From Girardia tigrina (taxonomy: Eukaryota), in NCBI GenBank assembly GCA_001938485.1, contig MQRK01237436.1, positions 11,485 to 75,484 of the forward strand: DNA of 64,000 bases, in the 5' to 3' direction. The notes beneath the pieces were generated by a model that was not told the DNA's origin, made no database searches, and was given only the letters and a program-made list of their open reading frames with translations. Position numbers and translations under genes: made by a program. This document shows positions 52,163 to 64,000 of this stretch, one piece after another; the stretch's first letter is position 1, and each line of letters opens with the position of its first letter.

Positions 52163-54199
52163 TCTATGGATTTTAGAAATCTATTTTTCAAGTCTTTTTA
52201 CTGAATCATTTCTCTCTGAACTTTGCTCACTTACTCATCTTCAATGACGATAAATGAAAATGTTAAAATCTGATCAAAAAAACTGTTTAAGGTCTTTTAA
52301 TTGGATCAAAACGGTCCAATTAGAGTTCCAGAACAATAGTAACATAAAAAGTTGTAGCTTATAAGTAATTTATATTACTCAAAAAATAATTTGAAAAATA
52401 AAGAAAGTCCAGTAAACAAATTTAAAGTCGAACTAATATATCAAAATTTTTTTATATCAATGCTTTATGATGGTAGAACTCTGCTGGGCCAACAGAATTT
52501 TGTAATCTTTTATTGTGTTTATTTTGAAAATATTTTTTATAAAATTTCTATAAATTACACAAAAAATCAGTAACATACATTATTAGATTGAAACCAAATT
52601 TTCCCTTGAAATGATTCGAATGCTGAACTATCATCTTCACACGAGAATAAAATATTCGTGAAAACATCAACGACAGAAAATACGACTAAACAATATGCAA
52701 TTTCCAAGTCATTCAACGCGTTTAGTACTGCTGAAGGAACGTAATTAGAGCTAAAATTGATAGAGAACGAGAAACGGTCTTCGTAAGTACAATAATTATT
52801 AATAGGACAAGAAATGCTTTTTAAATGGCGTTGATTATTGAAAAATTTGATTTATCTGACAGTGTTATTTCAGCGCCTAATATCAATCGAGTGGATCCTA
52901 TTACGGTTTCAGATTTGGCGCTTGGAATGTATGTATATTTTATGTATATTGAAATTATAATTTTTATTTTTATAAATGTAATAATGAAAAAGCGTAAATA
53001 CATTGGCGCGTCGTAGGGGATCCTATTTAATAAAATGCGCTTTTACTGGGCTACAAAACAATGATCAATAAACATTTAAATTTATTAAACAAAAATGAAT
53101 GGTCAAAATCTTTTATTGACAACTTGACGAGTCAGACATTAGATAAAATATTAAATGAGTCAACTAAAATTAATAGTAATTCTGACAATATGACCACAGT
53201 ATATAACATTCAAAGAAGACCAAAAAAACCTGTCTGAATCGAGGTATATTTGATCAGTTATTATTTTGAGAATTTTAAAACTTTCAAATCGTCGATTTTG
53301 AAAAATATCATTTCAATGACGATAAATTTAAAAAATATTTTGCAGCAATATAAAATTTTGGATATGTTTAACAATAAGTCAAATCTTCGTTTACTTTCAG
53401 ATCTTGTTTATAAATATATTTCTAATGAGTGAATTGTCACATAAATTGAAGAGGCTTCCGGGAAACGGATCAAGGAGCAAAGTCGATTGGATAATGGATG
53501 CAATATTGTTTAACATTAATTAAATTGTAATGAGAATATAGGTAAAATTAACTTCAACATTGTGCGTAATATATTTAAAGATTATTGTGTAAGGCTTTAT
53601 AAATAAGATCAATGGATCCAAAATTTAATATACAGCCTTGACATTCAACAAAACTGTTTTGTATTTTTAAATACAGTAAGGGATAAATTAAGACTCACCA
53701 CAATTAAATTTTACGTTTTTTACAGAAACTTTTGCTTAAATGATAGACTATTCGAACATAATTAAAATAATAATTTGATAAGTTTATATTTTGTAAATTA
53801 ACAATTAAAATTAAGTTTAATATTTTTAAAAAAGAAAAGCATTTAATTAAATTTAATACCACTTAAATTAAAGTCATTTTTAATAATTTGATGGCATTTT
53901 TATAATTTTGTGTTTTTATTTAGAAATGATTTAAATTATTCTTTTTAAATAATATTTTAAAAAATTAAATATTTTAAAAGATTTAGAAAAATTGTTTGAA
54001 AAATCATGATTAAAAACAGAAATAACGAAACCAATTAAAGCAATGTCAAACGATGAAAGATCTTCTGAGAGCTGTAATGGCTCTAAATGTGATTATAATA
54101 AAAATTTAAATGAGAATTGTCTCAATGTTCTTAATACACTCATTTTGAAGCTTTTGTTGAATAAATTTACCTGGCATTGTATTTTTTATCAAATCATTT

Positions 54200-54960
54200 A
54201 AATAATTTTTATTGTTCGAGATTAAAAATAATGGGTACAATAAAAATTATTTAAATAATTTGATAAAAAAATACTATTGACTCAATTCGCGAAAAATCTA
54301 ATAATAAAAATGAAAACATTATAAATAATGATAGTAGTAATGTAATAAAAAACAAATAATTTAAAATTACCAATTTTGACATGTGTGATTTGAAGAAAGG
54401 CTAAATGAAAAAGGTTCCTTCGGGTTTTAATTTGAGGCCGATCTTTATAACTAATAAACTATCGAGATATTTCTCAAATAAATCAAAAACTCCATCGGGT
54501 GTCCAAGCTAATCTAGTATATCAATTTAAATGTCACAAGTGTGAATCCTTGTACATTGGAGAAACAAATCGTCATCTCCGCACTAGAATAGCTGAACACA
54601 CCCAATTGAGTAGGAATAGCTGGATTCTAGATCACATTAAAAAATGCAGAAATAGAGATAAAGTTAACTATGAAACTGAATTTACATTTTTGAAGAAAAA
54701 TTTGGAAACATATCACGAGAGGATAGTCACTGAGGCATTATTAATAAAGCATTTAAAACCATGCTTAAATGTTCAAAGTGAATTATCCAATCATATTAAA
54801 ATCTTTTAATATTAATTAAAAAAAAATTTATTGCATAATAGTCAATGTGCCATGTAAATGACTTGTAATTTGAAATTTAATTCACAACTGATGATGCCGT
54901 AATGGCAAAACATGTTTTGACAAATAAAAAACTTTCAAAATAGCGTTTGTTCTTCATTTC
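54200..54960 (+). mobile_element. Penelope-like 3' fragment with intact GIY-YIG frame (54405-54809)
   Basis: NNGY RT tail, LVYQFKCHKCESLYIGETNRHL and EALLIKHLKPCLNVQ. Confidence 0.9.
54885..54919 (+). ncRNA. Minimal hammerhead ribozyme with G12>A change (probably inactive)
   Basis: CAA CTGATGA T GCC GTAAT GGC AAAA CATG TT TTG. Confidence 0.7.
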
Positions 54961-54992
54961 CTTTACAAATAAATTGCTATTAAATATAAATG

Positions 54993-55033
<41 letters not shown>

Positions 55034-55284
55034 TGGAAAATGAGAGCGAATGAACTAAATAAATTAATAAACACAATATAATCTAGAAAAATTATTGTTT
55101 AGAATGATCAACATAAGGTTGTTTCAGGATTGTTGGTATTAGTGGTATGAAATAAATAGATTGTTTTCCGGAGTCCCAAATCAGTAATAAATATATTTCT
55201 GTACCACTAAAAATGTGTCAACTGAAATCATCAACATGAGATTTGCTGAACAAATGTTGATTCCATGTTTAGATCGCTAATAAA

Positions 55285-55409
55285 CATTCATCGGGTGAAA
55301 CTCACTATGCGAGTTGTTTAGGTGTCGGTAGTTTGATGGAAATTCGTCGGCGTGAGTCCTATGTGAGAAGAATTTCCAGTACCGACTAAACCTGAAAACC
55401 CGGTAAATG
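55285..55409. ncRNA. Unidentified highly base-paired element (three-way junction candidate)
   Basis: Nested complementary pairs ATCGGGT/ACCCGGT, AGGT/ACCT, GTCGGTA/TACCGAC and TGGAAATTC/GAATTTCCA, plus side hairpin AACTC...GAGTT. Confidence 0.4.
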
Positions 55410-55478
55410 ATTAGTGTTAGGGTTTCCTCCAATTGACACAAATATTAAATAATCAATTTTTAAAAATTGATTAATTAT

Positions 55479-55512
<34 letters not shown>

Positions 55513-55547
55513 TAATATATATATTTATACAAATAAAAAATGTGGAT

Positions 55548-55582
<35 letters not shown>

Positions 55583-58500
55583 GAATTTTATTTTCAAGTT
55601 TCAAAATTTTAAGGAATTTTTAAGTAGATAAAATCTATTTAATTAAAAAAATATTTTGCTTCTATTTATTTGTTTGATGTTTTCCATTATAAAACAAACT
55701 AAAATTATTTAATGATTTCGAAAACAAAATTCAGTATAATGTGACATTTTTATATCAAACCTGCTACAAAATAAGGATGAATTTAAAAGAGATTAATTTA
55801 AAGATAATTTCATTTATCAATTATTTAAATCATCTTTCAAAGAAATTTATTTATAAAAATTTTTAAATATTACCATTTTAAAAATAAATATTTCATTTTC
55901 ATTTTAATTATCAAGGATTTCTAATTGAATAAATTTTTGGAATATTTGTGTAAAACGAACAACCTTTGAAAACAGAGTTGAGAATAAAGCGAATATATGT
56001 TAAAGTTAATGAAACAAGTACTGTTTAGTGGGATCTATATAAAACATTTATATTATTTTTTTATAATAAAAGATATTTATCACTGTTAAGTCATTAAGAT
56101 TTATTACTAAATTCTGAAAAGATTGCCGTATAAATCAATAAATTAATCCTAAAGAGTCTGATTTCTAAAAAAAATGTTTAAATCGAATATTTTCCTATCA
56201 TTATTTTTATCGTTTTCTTTCGATATTCAATTTACAAGCATCATAAACCTAATTTTTGAAGGTTTGGTTATTTATAAATATATAATTACTTTTCCAGTTC
56301 TACTTTCTTTTCTTTCGTTTTTTACATTTTATATACATTATTTACATTCACATAATTACTTTAAATTATTTTTAATTTAATTATTGCGCTAATTAATTTT
56401 AGTGCGACCAAAATAAATGTTTCTAATTTATTTTTGACTATTATATTTTGATTTAATTTACTTTTAAAATTTACGATTGTGCGTGCTAATAGAAAACCCC
56501 TTCTAATCAACAAAATTGATAATAGTTTAATATTGGAATTAAATTCAATTTGATGATTCTAACAAAATTGAAAATAAAATCTTTTTATAAGAATAGTAGA
56601 ATAAATAATAGATATAAAAATAGTAGAAAGGCATTTAGAATTATTCAATGAATTTTTTGAGTAGAAACAAAACGTTTAATTAATATTTCGATTGTGGAAA
56701 AATTAATTATTTTGAATAATGATTCACAGTACTGCTGCTCATAGTGTGAATGAAAACCTTTCTGTAAAACAGAAAACTCCTTTGAAACTTAATGGTTCTA
56801 TTTTTAAAATGTAACCAGTGATCAAGAATCTTTCTCGATCGACCCGATTGTCTCTGTTGGACGCCTGTTAGAAGGTCCTGAGAAACTAATAGTACATTTG
56901 TACTACTACATTAGAATGATTTAACTCAACTAATTTCATCACAGCACTTCTCGGCCAAATTTTGTCCTATGTTTTGTCCTATTAATGATAGTTCTATATC
57001 GGTTTGTAATTAGACTGTTATTTATAATAACTGTATTTGGGTATTACATAAAGTGGATGAAAGAGTAAAGTTTTTTTTAACTTGAAATCAGTTCCTTCGA
57101 TATAATTAGAAATAATGTATTAGAAAGTTTATTAGTTAACAAATATACCATTAAATAACTAGTATGGGTTTTAAATATAATTTTTATTCAAAACGAATGT
57201 TCTTGTTAACACATTAACGATTAGGATAGCAATAATTAAGTTTTAGAACAACCATGAAATTAACACGGATACCGAGAATATTAATGAATGTAATTGAATA
57301 ATACGACCAAATAATTGCCAGACCTCAGATTGATATTATGAGAATGTAACTTGATGGTAAATAAATATGATTGAGAATTTGAAAGGTATTGTAAATTTAC
57401 TAGGAATACTGATAATGGTAATTGTAAGGAAAAATTTATTGTAGGTCAATAGGAATAGAAATTTCGGAATCAAAATAACAGCTATAGCACTTTTAATAGT
57501 CTTTCTTGAAATTTTCGATCTTTTTCTTTTTGTGGGTTCTTAGTTTTTGCTTTCTTTTCTTAATCCTTAAAACATTTAATTTTTCAACTGAATTATAATT
57601 TCTCTGTTTTTTTTAAAATTTTTTAAAGCCTAATATTATAAATATTACATTATATAATATAATATAAAATATTAAATTGGATTTGGATTTTCTAATATCG
57701 ATTTATTAAAATTCTATATTTTAAATATGTAATTTGATTCTATAAAATAAATTTGTTTTAATATTCCTTTTAGCATACTATTCAAAATAAAACGTTGTAT
57801 ACATGCTGGATTGTGTCAAAAGGAATTTTGGGCGTCTGATTGAGACTTGGAGTTCAGAAGACGTTAATTTAATGACTCTCGACGTTTATTTGCGTTATCC
57901 GAGTTTCGAATTTTTAATCGGTAAATATTTTTTGATTATATTTTTATTTTTATTTCGAATGATTATCGGTGGTATGTTATGCCTTGATCATATTTTTGAA
58001 GTTGGAGTTCCATTGGAGGTTCCCACATGCAAAAAAGAAGAGGAAGACATAAAATCAGATATACAATTTATTGACCAAAAAAGATAAGTTTTAGACGTCT
58101 TCTCGACAGTTTACTCTCTATTGAAAAAATTGTCTAAGTTGGTTTTGAATTTGAATTACTTGAATTATTTCCGATGGACGATTTAAACAAAATGTTTTTC
58201 GTCTTTTTTTTATTTACATATTTCTAATTTCAAGTTTGCAAATTCTTGAGTCGACTGATCCCGATATTCTTTATGAAAGAAAACCTCTGGTAATTTTAAT
58301 TTTGGAATTAATAAATAAATTTGCGACAACAAAAAATAAAAGAAATTCAAATTACATTTAAATAATATTTAAATTTGTGAAAATTTGTACGTGGTTCGAT
58401 TTTTTGTTGGGAATGGTCACTACAATTCGGTATCTCGTTTGATGTACGAGATACGATCACTCTTGTCGATTCTTGTGAAGTTGGTTGTAAAGTTTTGTCG

Positions 58501-59874
58501 ATAAATAAATATTGATATAATGCGATAGCTTAGTAATTACTTTCTGGATGTTAGTGTAGATAATGAAAGCGATAAACTGATATAATTATCTAATAATTAT
58601 ATGTATATGTTATAAGTAATATATAAATTAATTTCGATTTTGCTAATAACGAAAAGGAAAAGAAAAAGATGTTATATAGACCAAATTAACTAATTGTATT
58701 TTCCAGTCTGTCGTTTTTGAAGGAACAGAGTCAGTTACTTGAGACTGTTTTGTTTGCACTTTTGCTCTCATTAATGTGAATGAACTTTGGCTATGAAAAC
58801 AGTTCTATTTTTACGGGAACAGTTATAAGTTTGGCGAATACATCAATTGATGTCGATGAAATATTAATATGAATCCTTTGGAAAACGTTTTGATTTTATT
58901 CATTATCGATTAGCAGATTCAGCTGGGTGTTTGTTTTGCAAAGAGGTACATCTCAATGGGTTCGAAACCTCTCTTCCCTCCCTTTCAATTGTTCTTTTCT
59001 CTGACAATCGAATAATATATAATAAAATCAATATTTCGCATATATTATTAAATAATTTATCTTATATAGTTATTTCAGTAGAAAGATTTTCAAAAATTAC
59101 ACAAGTAATTATTACTTCATTTTATTATAAATTTAATATTATAAATATTATAAATATTATTATTATTTTTTATTAATTATCTTTTCATTACTTATATTAA
59201 AACAGATAAAAAGGTATCTCAACAAAATTTATTAATATTTTGTTAAATTATTTACTTGTTGTACGAGAAATGTTTAATATATCTTCAATGAAGGTTCATT
59301 TTTCAAGTTACAACAATTACTATAATTTTCTTTGAAATATTAATATCTTAAATTAAAATGTAAATATTTATTTGATCCATTTAATATATCTTTGAAATGT
59401 TTAGATAAATTAAAGTAGATTTTGATTTAATAATTAATTTTGATTCTAAGAATTATCTTTTCCTGTTCAAAAAAGTAAAAAACGTAGTTATTTCTATGAT
59501 GTTGCATTTTTATTTTCGTAATGTAGGAGCCCGGAAAATTTAACATCTAATAAAATAATAAATATTTTCCAATAATAATTTGACATTTATGACTCTCATC
59601 ATTATAAAGGCTTAATATTTTAGATTTTTATATAATAATAATAATATAATTTTTTAAAATATAAGTACGATATCTTAAACTTTACGATATATAATATCAT
59701 ATTGTAAATTTAAAATGTTGCAAATAGATTTTCATAATATAAATGTTATTTATAAACTTTAATTATACTTCAGTTAAAGTACAAAGCAAAGTTTACTAAT
59801 TTTTAATTTGTTTATTAATTATTTTTAGCGAAGATAACATAATTTTTTATTAGCACTGTAAGAGAGTGTTGTTA

Positions 59875-60387
59875 TTTTTTTAATTTTCCGATATAGGAAT
59901 TTTAGTTTACTAAAAAATTTGAATTTTAATCGAAATTGAAATAAATATTGTAAAGAAAATTTGAAAAAAAGAAAATAAAAAAATGAAAATTTGTTTAAAT
60001 TACAAATTTAACCAGTTTTAGTTAATAAATTTTACAAGTCTTAATTTTTTTTGATTTAGAATGGATGATAATTCCCAGCCTAACATGGTGGAAGCGCTAG
60101 CGGATTCAATTGCGAACTGACTGATTCCCGACATTTTCCACATTTGAGAAGACCTAGAGAAATTTATTTCTCGTTGCTGAAGATATTTTTTTAATTTTTA
60201 GAAATAGGAATTTTGGTTTTCTGAAAATTTCGAATTATAATGGAAATTAAAAAAATATTGTAAAATAAAATTTAAAAAAATGAAACTTTGTTTAAATAAC
60301 AAATTTAATCTTTTGTAGGATTGAATAAATTTTGAAAGTCTTAATTTCTTTTTGATTTAAAATGGAAGTTAATTTCAAACCTGACAA
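59875..60387 (+). repeat. Imperfect direct duplication (~200-bp unit, ~310-bp period) flanking a gag-like N-terminal relic
   Basis: 59875-60085 aligns by eye with 60185-60387. The spacer 60061-60190 reads MDDNSQP...LIPDIFH.EDLEKFISRC.RYF. Confidence 0.7.
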
Positions 60388-61399
60388 GCACATTTTACAT
60401 CTTTCGTAAAATAATAAATCTCTAGAGACAATCAATCTGATTGTATAATGAGAATAGAAAAGTATATGAATTGTTTTTTTCTTCAAATTTATTCTTTTCT
60501 GTTGAAGAAATACTTATCAATCTTAATCAAGATTTTTAAAGTTTCGAGGTTCATATTTTTCGAATCATCTAAAGGATCTTTACTTGTAAGAAAAGTTTAA
60601 GATTGAAAAACTAATTTTTGTTTTAAATTAATAAGTGATACAAATTTTCTATAGATGTAGTTTCCTCTAATATTTTTTCCTAATCATTTTTAGATGCATT
60701 CAAGCATAAATTCACATAATCAGTTTTATTGTCAATTTTATGAGTCTAAATGCCAATCTATTCTAAATACTTTAAAATCGATTCTTTTAAATCGAAATCG
60801 ATGCCTCATAAATTGCACTTTCCTTTCAATTATAAAATAAATTTCTAAGAAACAAATCATTAACTCCTCAAAATGTAGTTTACCCCAATAAAATATTTTA
60901 AATTATTTCAAATTTATTTGTACTTCATTATGTAAACATAATTTTATTAAATTATAAAACAAGAACACCTCTTCAATTAGATTAGAATAAAATTGGTCAT
61001 TAATATAACAGACAACACTTAAACAGCTTAGCGTTGAACAGAACAAGGGTTTTCATGTCGAGTCAGCTACTTTTTGTAATGTTTATTTATACTTTCTTTT
61101 TATATTCATGGACACTAAAATTATATATCTACAGTTGCAGAAGTACCTTGTGAAAGGGTAGTTCTGGTGGTGAGGAAATTAAAATTTTATTAACTAATAA
61201 CTATATTATATAATATATAAAATTAAAAAATATAGATAGGTCAATACCGGCTGTATTGGTCGATCCATCCCCAATTTTATTTTCTTTTCCTTTTTAGAAT
61301 TTAAAGAATAAAAATTCATATACTTTATTTAAAAACAGTTTATTAATCAAGACACAAAAAAATTTACAGTGGCTTGACATCCTCGACTTAAAGCAGATT

Positions 61400-61658
61400 T
61401 TACCAAAGATGCTTCCAAATCTACAATCAAAATGTGTCCGGATATTCAGTATTTAAAGTAATATTGACAGATCATATAGAGACTAGCTATTTCTTCAGAT
61501 AGTGATATTTTTATATTTCCTTTTCAAGATGGTAGCTATAGTGCTCGTGGAAGACCATACTTCATAGCCAATTTACCGTTGCATAAGTGCATATTTTCCG
61601 CAGAATTAATCAAATCAATCTTCTTGTTGATCGAAACAGTAAATCGTTGAGATGACAT
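61400..61658 (-). mobile_element. pogo/Tigger transposase N-terminal (HTH) fragment
   Basis: MSSQRFTVSINKKIDLI...LAMKYGLP, then after a frameshift STIATILKRK, then DLEASL. Confidence 0.6.
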
Positions 61659-61759
61659 TTTTGGTACTAAAATGCAGAAGAAGTTAAAACTGTAAATTGA
61701 AAAAATAATTTATTAATTTTTAAGTTAAAGATTCAATACAAACTCTATTTTTATAGACA

Positions 61760-61910
61760 GCTCCTCTTCTATTGTTCAAAGTGACAATGGGAAAGAGTTT
61801 AAAAACTCTCACTTAAAAGCCCTATATGACGACTGGAATGCTCTTTCGGTTTTTGGAAGAGCTCGTCATCCACAATTGCAAGAGCAGATTGAACGGGCAA
61901 ATCAAACTCG
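61760..61910 (+). mobile_element. Retroviral-type integrase core fragment (SCAND3/KRABA2/Ginger-like)
   Basis: IVQSDNGKEFKN...W...GRARHPQLQEQIERANQT. Confidence 0.75.
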
Positions 61911-61939
61911 AATTAATTAGTAAAGACCCTTAAGATTTA

Positions 61940-62148
61940 GTACCGAGTCATTATTATCGGACTGTTTAAACCGAACTCTGAAATTTCCAGAAAGTGTAAT
62001 GATTTGGGGTTGTATGACAAGAAAAGGACTTGACAGTCTTCACTTTATATAGGGCGCGATGAACTCTACAAAGTATACCGAGATATTAAGGGAAAGTCTC
62101 ATCCCATCTATTTAGCAATATTTTGACAATGGAGATTTCATTTCCCAG
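61940..62148 (+). mobile_element. Tc1 transposase DDE fragment
   Basis: CLNRTLKFPESVMIWGCMTRKG...GAMNSTKYTEILRESLIPS...DFI. Confidence 0.8.
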
Positions 62149-62974
62149 TAATTTTGAAATCGATTACACAGAATTGAAAATTATTTTCTTCGATTTTCTT
62201 TTTACATTTTAAATTGTGTTCAGCAAAATTGCTCTCATTATCCAACCGACTATGCTCTTTGATCCGTTTGCAGAGATGACGAGATGTCTCCCCAATGTAT
62301 GTAGTGCTACACCCATTCCTAGTATATTTATAAACAAGATCGGAGCACAAACCGTGAAGAATGGGGGATTTAGTGCTGAACGTATTACGAATTTTATATG
62401 ATTGTGAAATAATTTTTAGATTCATGGTATTTGGAAATAGACTTTTCAAAATTGATGATCTTAAATGTTTAAATCCCTCTGAATAAGGAATCGATAAGAT
62501 ATATGTTGATTCAATTGGTGTATAATTTGTATTAGTGGAAATGGTATGATGAATCGTATTATTAAGATTTTTATTATAGGCTGTGTCGTAAAAAAACGGC
62601 GTTTTTTAAATACGTTTATTAATATAAACACTATAGATAATCCCCTCCTTTCTCTGGAATAGATCATAGGCCAAAACACATATTTTCAACAGCGACTTTC
62701 ATCTTCTCTCCATGAAATGTCGACAAATGTTGTCGAAGAAATTCCTCCTATTCTTCTTTTGTTTCATATTGTATTTTCTATGCGCTTCCAAACGTGGGAA
62801 AACGCCGTTTTTTACGACACAGCCTATATTACTATTTTTAGAATCATTTATTATTTTATCTAAAGTGTGTTGAGTTAATTTTTCGATAAATGATTTCGAC
62901 CATCCATTCTTATTTAATAAACTTATTTAATAAAATGATTTTCAATTCTGTGTAATCGATTTAAAAAATACTGG
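62145..62974 (-). mobile_element. Penelope-like fragment (RT tail + GIY-YIG) with inverted terminal segment, interrupted by a MITE
   Basis: LCSDLVYKYT..CSTTYIGETSRHLCKRI, similar to the copy at 20237. A 43-bp inverted repeat joins 62145-62187 and 62932-62974. Confidence 0.88.
62577..62826. mobile_element. MITE / non-autonomous DNA transposon (~250 bp)
   Basis: TIRs TAGGCTGTGTCGTAAAAAA(A)CGGCGTTTT and AAAACGCCGTTTTTTACGACACAGCCTA. Confidence 0.88.
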
Positions 62975-64000
62975 ATGAGAGGAACGTGTAAATAAAGACT
63001 AAATAAAAGTTCATATTTCAGAAATAAAATTTCAGATTTCATAAGTAAAAGGTTTGATTTTATAAAATAAATATTATAAGTTTTTAATTTACACATGACA
63101 TTTAGTTATTTTTAATTATGAATTTTTATTTAATTTATGATTTTTAATTTGTACTAAGATTTAAAAATTTTTGATTAATTATAATTACATATTTATTTTA
63201 TGTATTATTTAAATTTATATACAAGATACAAATTTAAATATTGTAAATATTGAAATACCAAAAATGAATGCCTAAAATTAAAATTATAATTCAAAACACT
63301 TAATAAAATTAATAATTTAATACAATTATTAATAAAATGAATTTAATAAAATTAATAGTTTATATTATAAAGATAACTATAATTTATATTTATAATTTAT
63401 CAATGGTTTATAATTTACTTATTATTTATAATTTATCAATTTTAATTTACTGATGGTTCTTTAATAGTTTATCTTTGCAACTAATAAGGCTTATTGAATT
63501 ATCATTGTCAATTATGCTTTAATTTCCGTGTGTAAATAATCTTTGTTTTTACTCTTCCTTTGAGCCTTTTTATAAAGGATGTCAAATGTTTGATCCGTTT
63601 CTTCACAATTTGTTTAATTTTGCGGATAGCATCATTAATTGCATTTTTGCTTAAAGATGTAATTTTCATCAATTTTATCTTTGACTTCACTTTGTATTTT
63701 ACAATGTCTATTGATTTGACTGAAAATTTCAAAAATCCCTACAGTCTTAAATTTTCTTCTATTATTTCCTTCAGACATATTTGTAAGTTAATTTATCTTA
63801 AATTAATCAAATAAAACAACATGTATGAATTCCATATATAAGGACTGAGTGCGAAAAATATTACTAACTTCAAAACCACATTTTTGATTGAAAAAATACC
63901 TACTGTTTTGAAAAATGTGTTTATTTCAAAGTAATTTTAGTAAGCTAAGAAAGATTATATATTTTTTTAATAAATTATGTGAGCTTTTCCGGAATACATG

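Noticed and set aside
52600-59010. Scattered coding-like pieces (52600-52930, 57800-58150, 58700-59010) as one host gene
   Set aside because: They have in-frame stops, inconsistent strands and no recognisable domain or coherent exon chain.

Overview
This is a very AT-rich eukaryotic (animal-like) window, essentially a transposable-element graveyard with no intact host protein-coding gene that I can support. The very short introns, (TA)n arrays and TE spectrum are compatible with a planarian-type flatworm genome, but that is inference only. It contains: (1) a complete but decayed 4.6-kb Ty3/Gypsy LTR retrotransposon with 214-bp LTRs, TTAAC TSD and PPT, whose PBS overlaps the gag start; (2) three mariner, several Tc1 and two pogo/Tigger copies; (3) a hAT/CGGBP-like transposase relic and a MITE; (4) RTE-like LINE fragments; (5) at least six Penelope-like (RT + GIY-YIG) remnants, four ending in minimal hammerhead ribozyme motifs and two with inverted terminal duplications. 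The most unusual item is a probable ~2.4-kb LTR (45113-47527). Its U3 carries, antisense, three canonical short introns, a spliced 69-codon ORF and an AATAAA, and it lies downstream of a palindromic, potentially bidirectional TATA box. A compact, strongly base-paired ~125-nt element at 55285-55409 is unexplained. N gaps fall inside TEs and (TA)n arrays. All calls are by eye; no searches were run.
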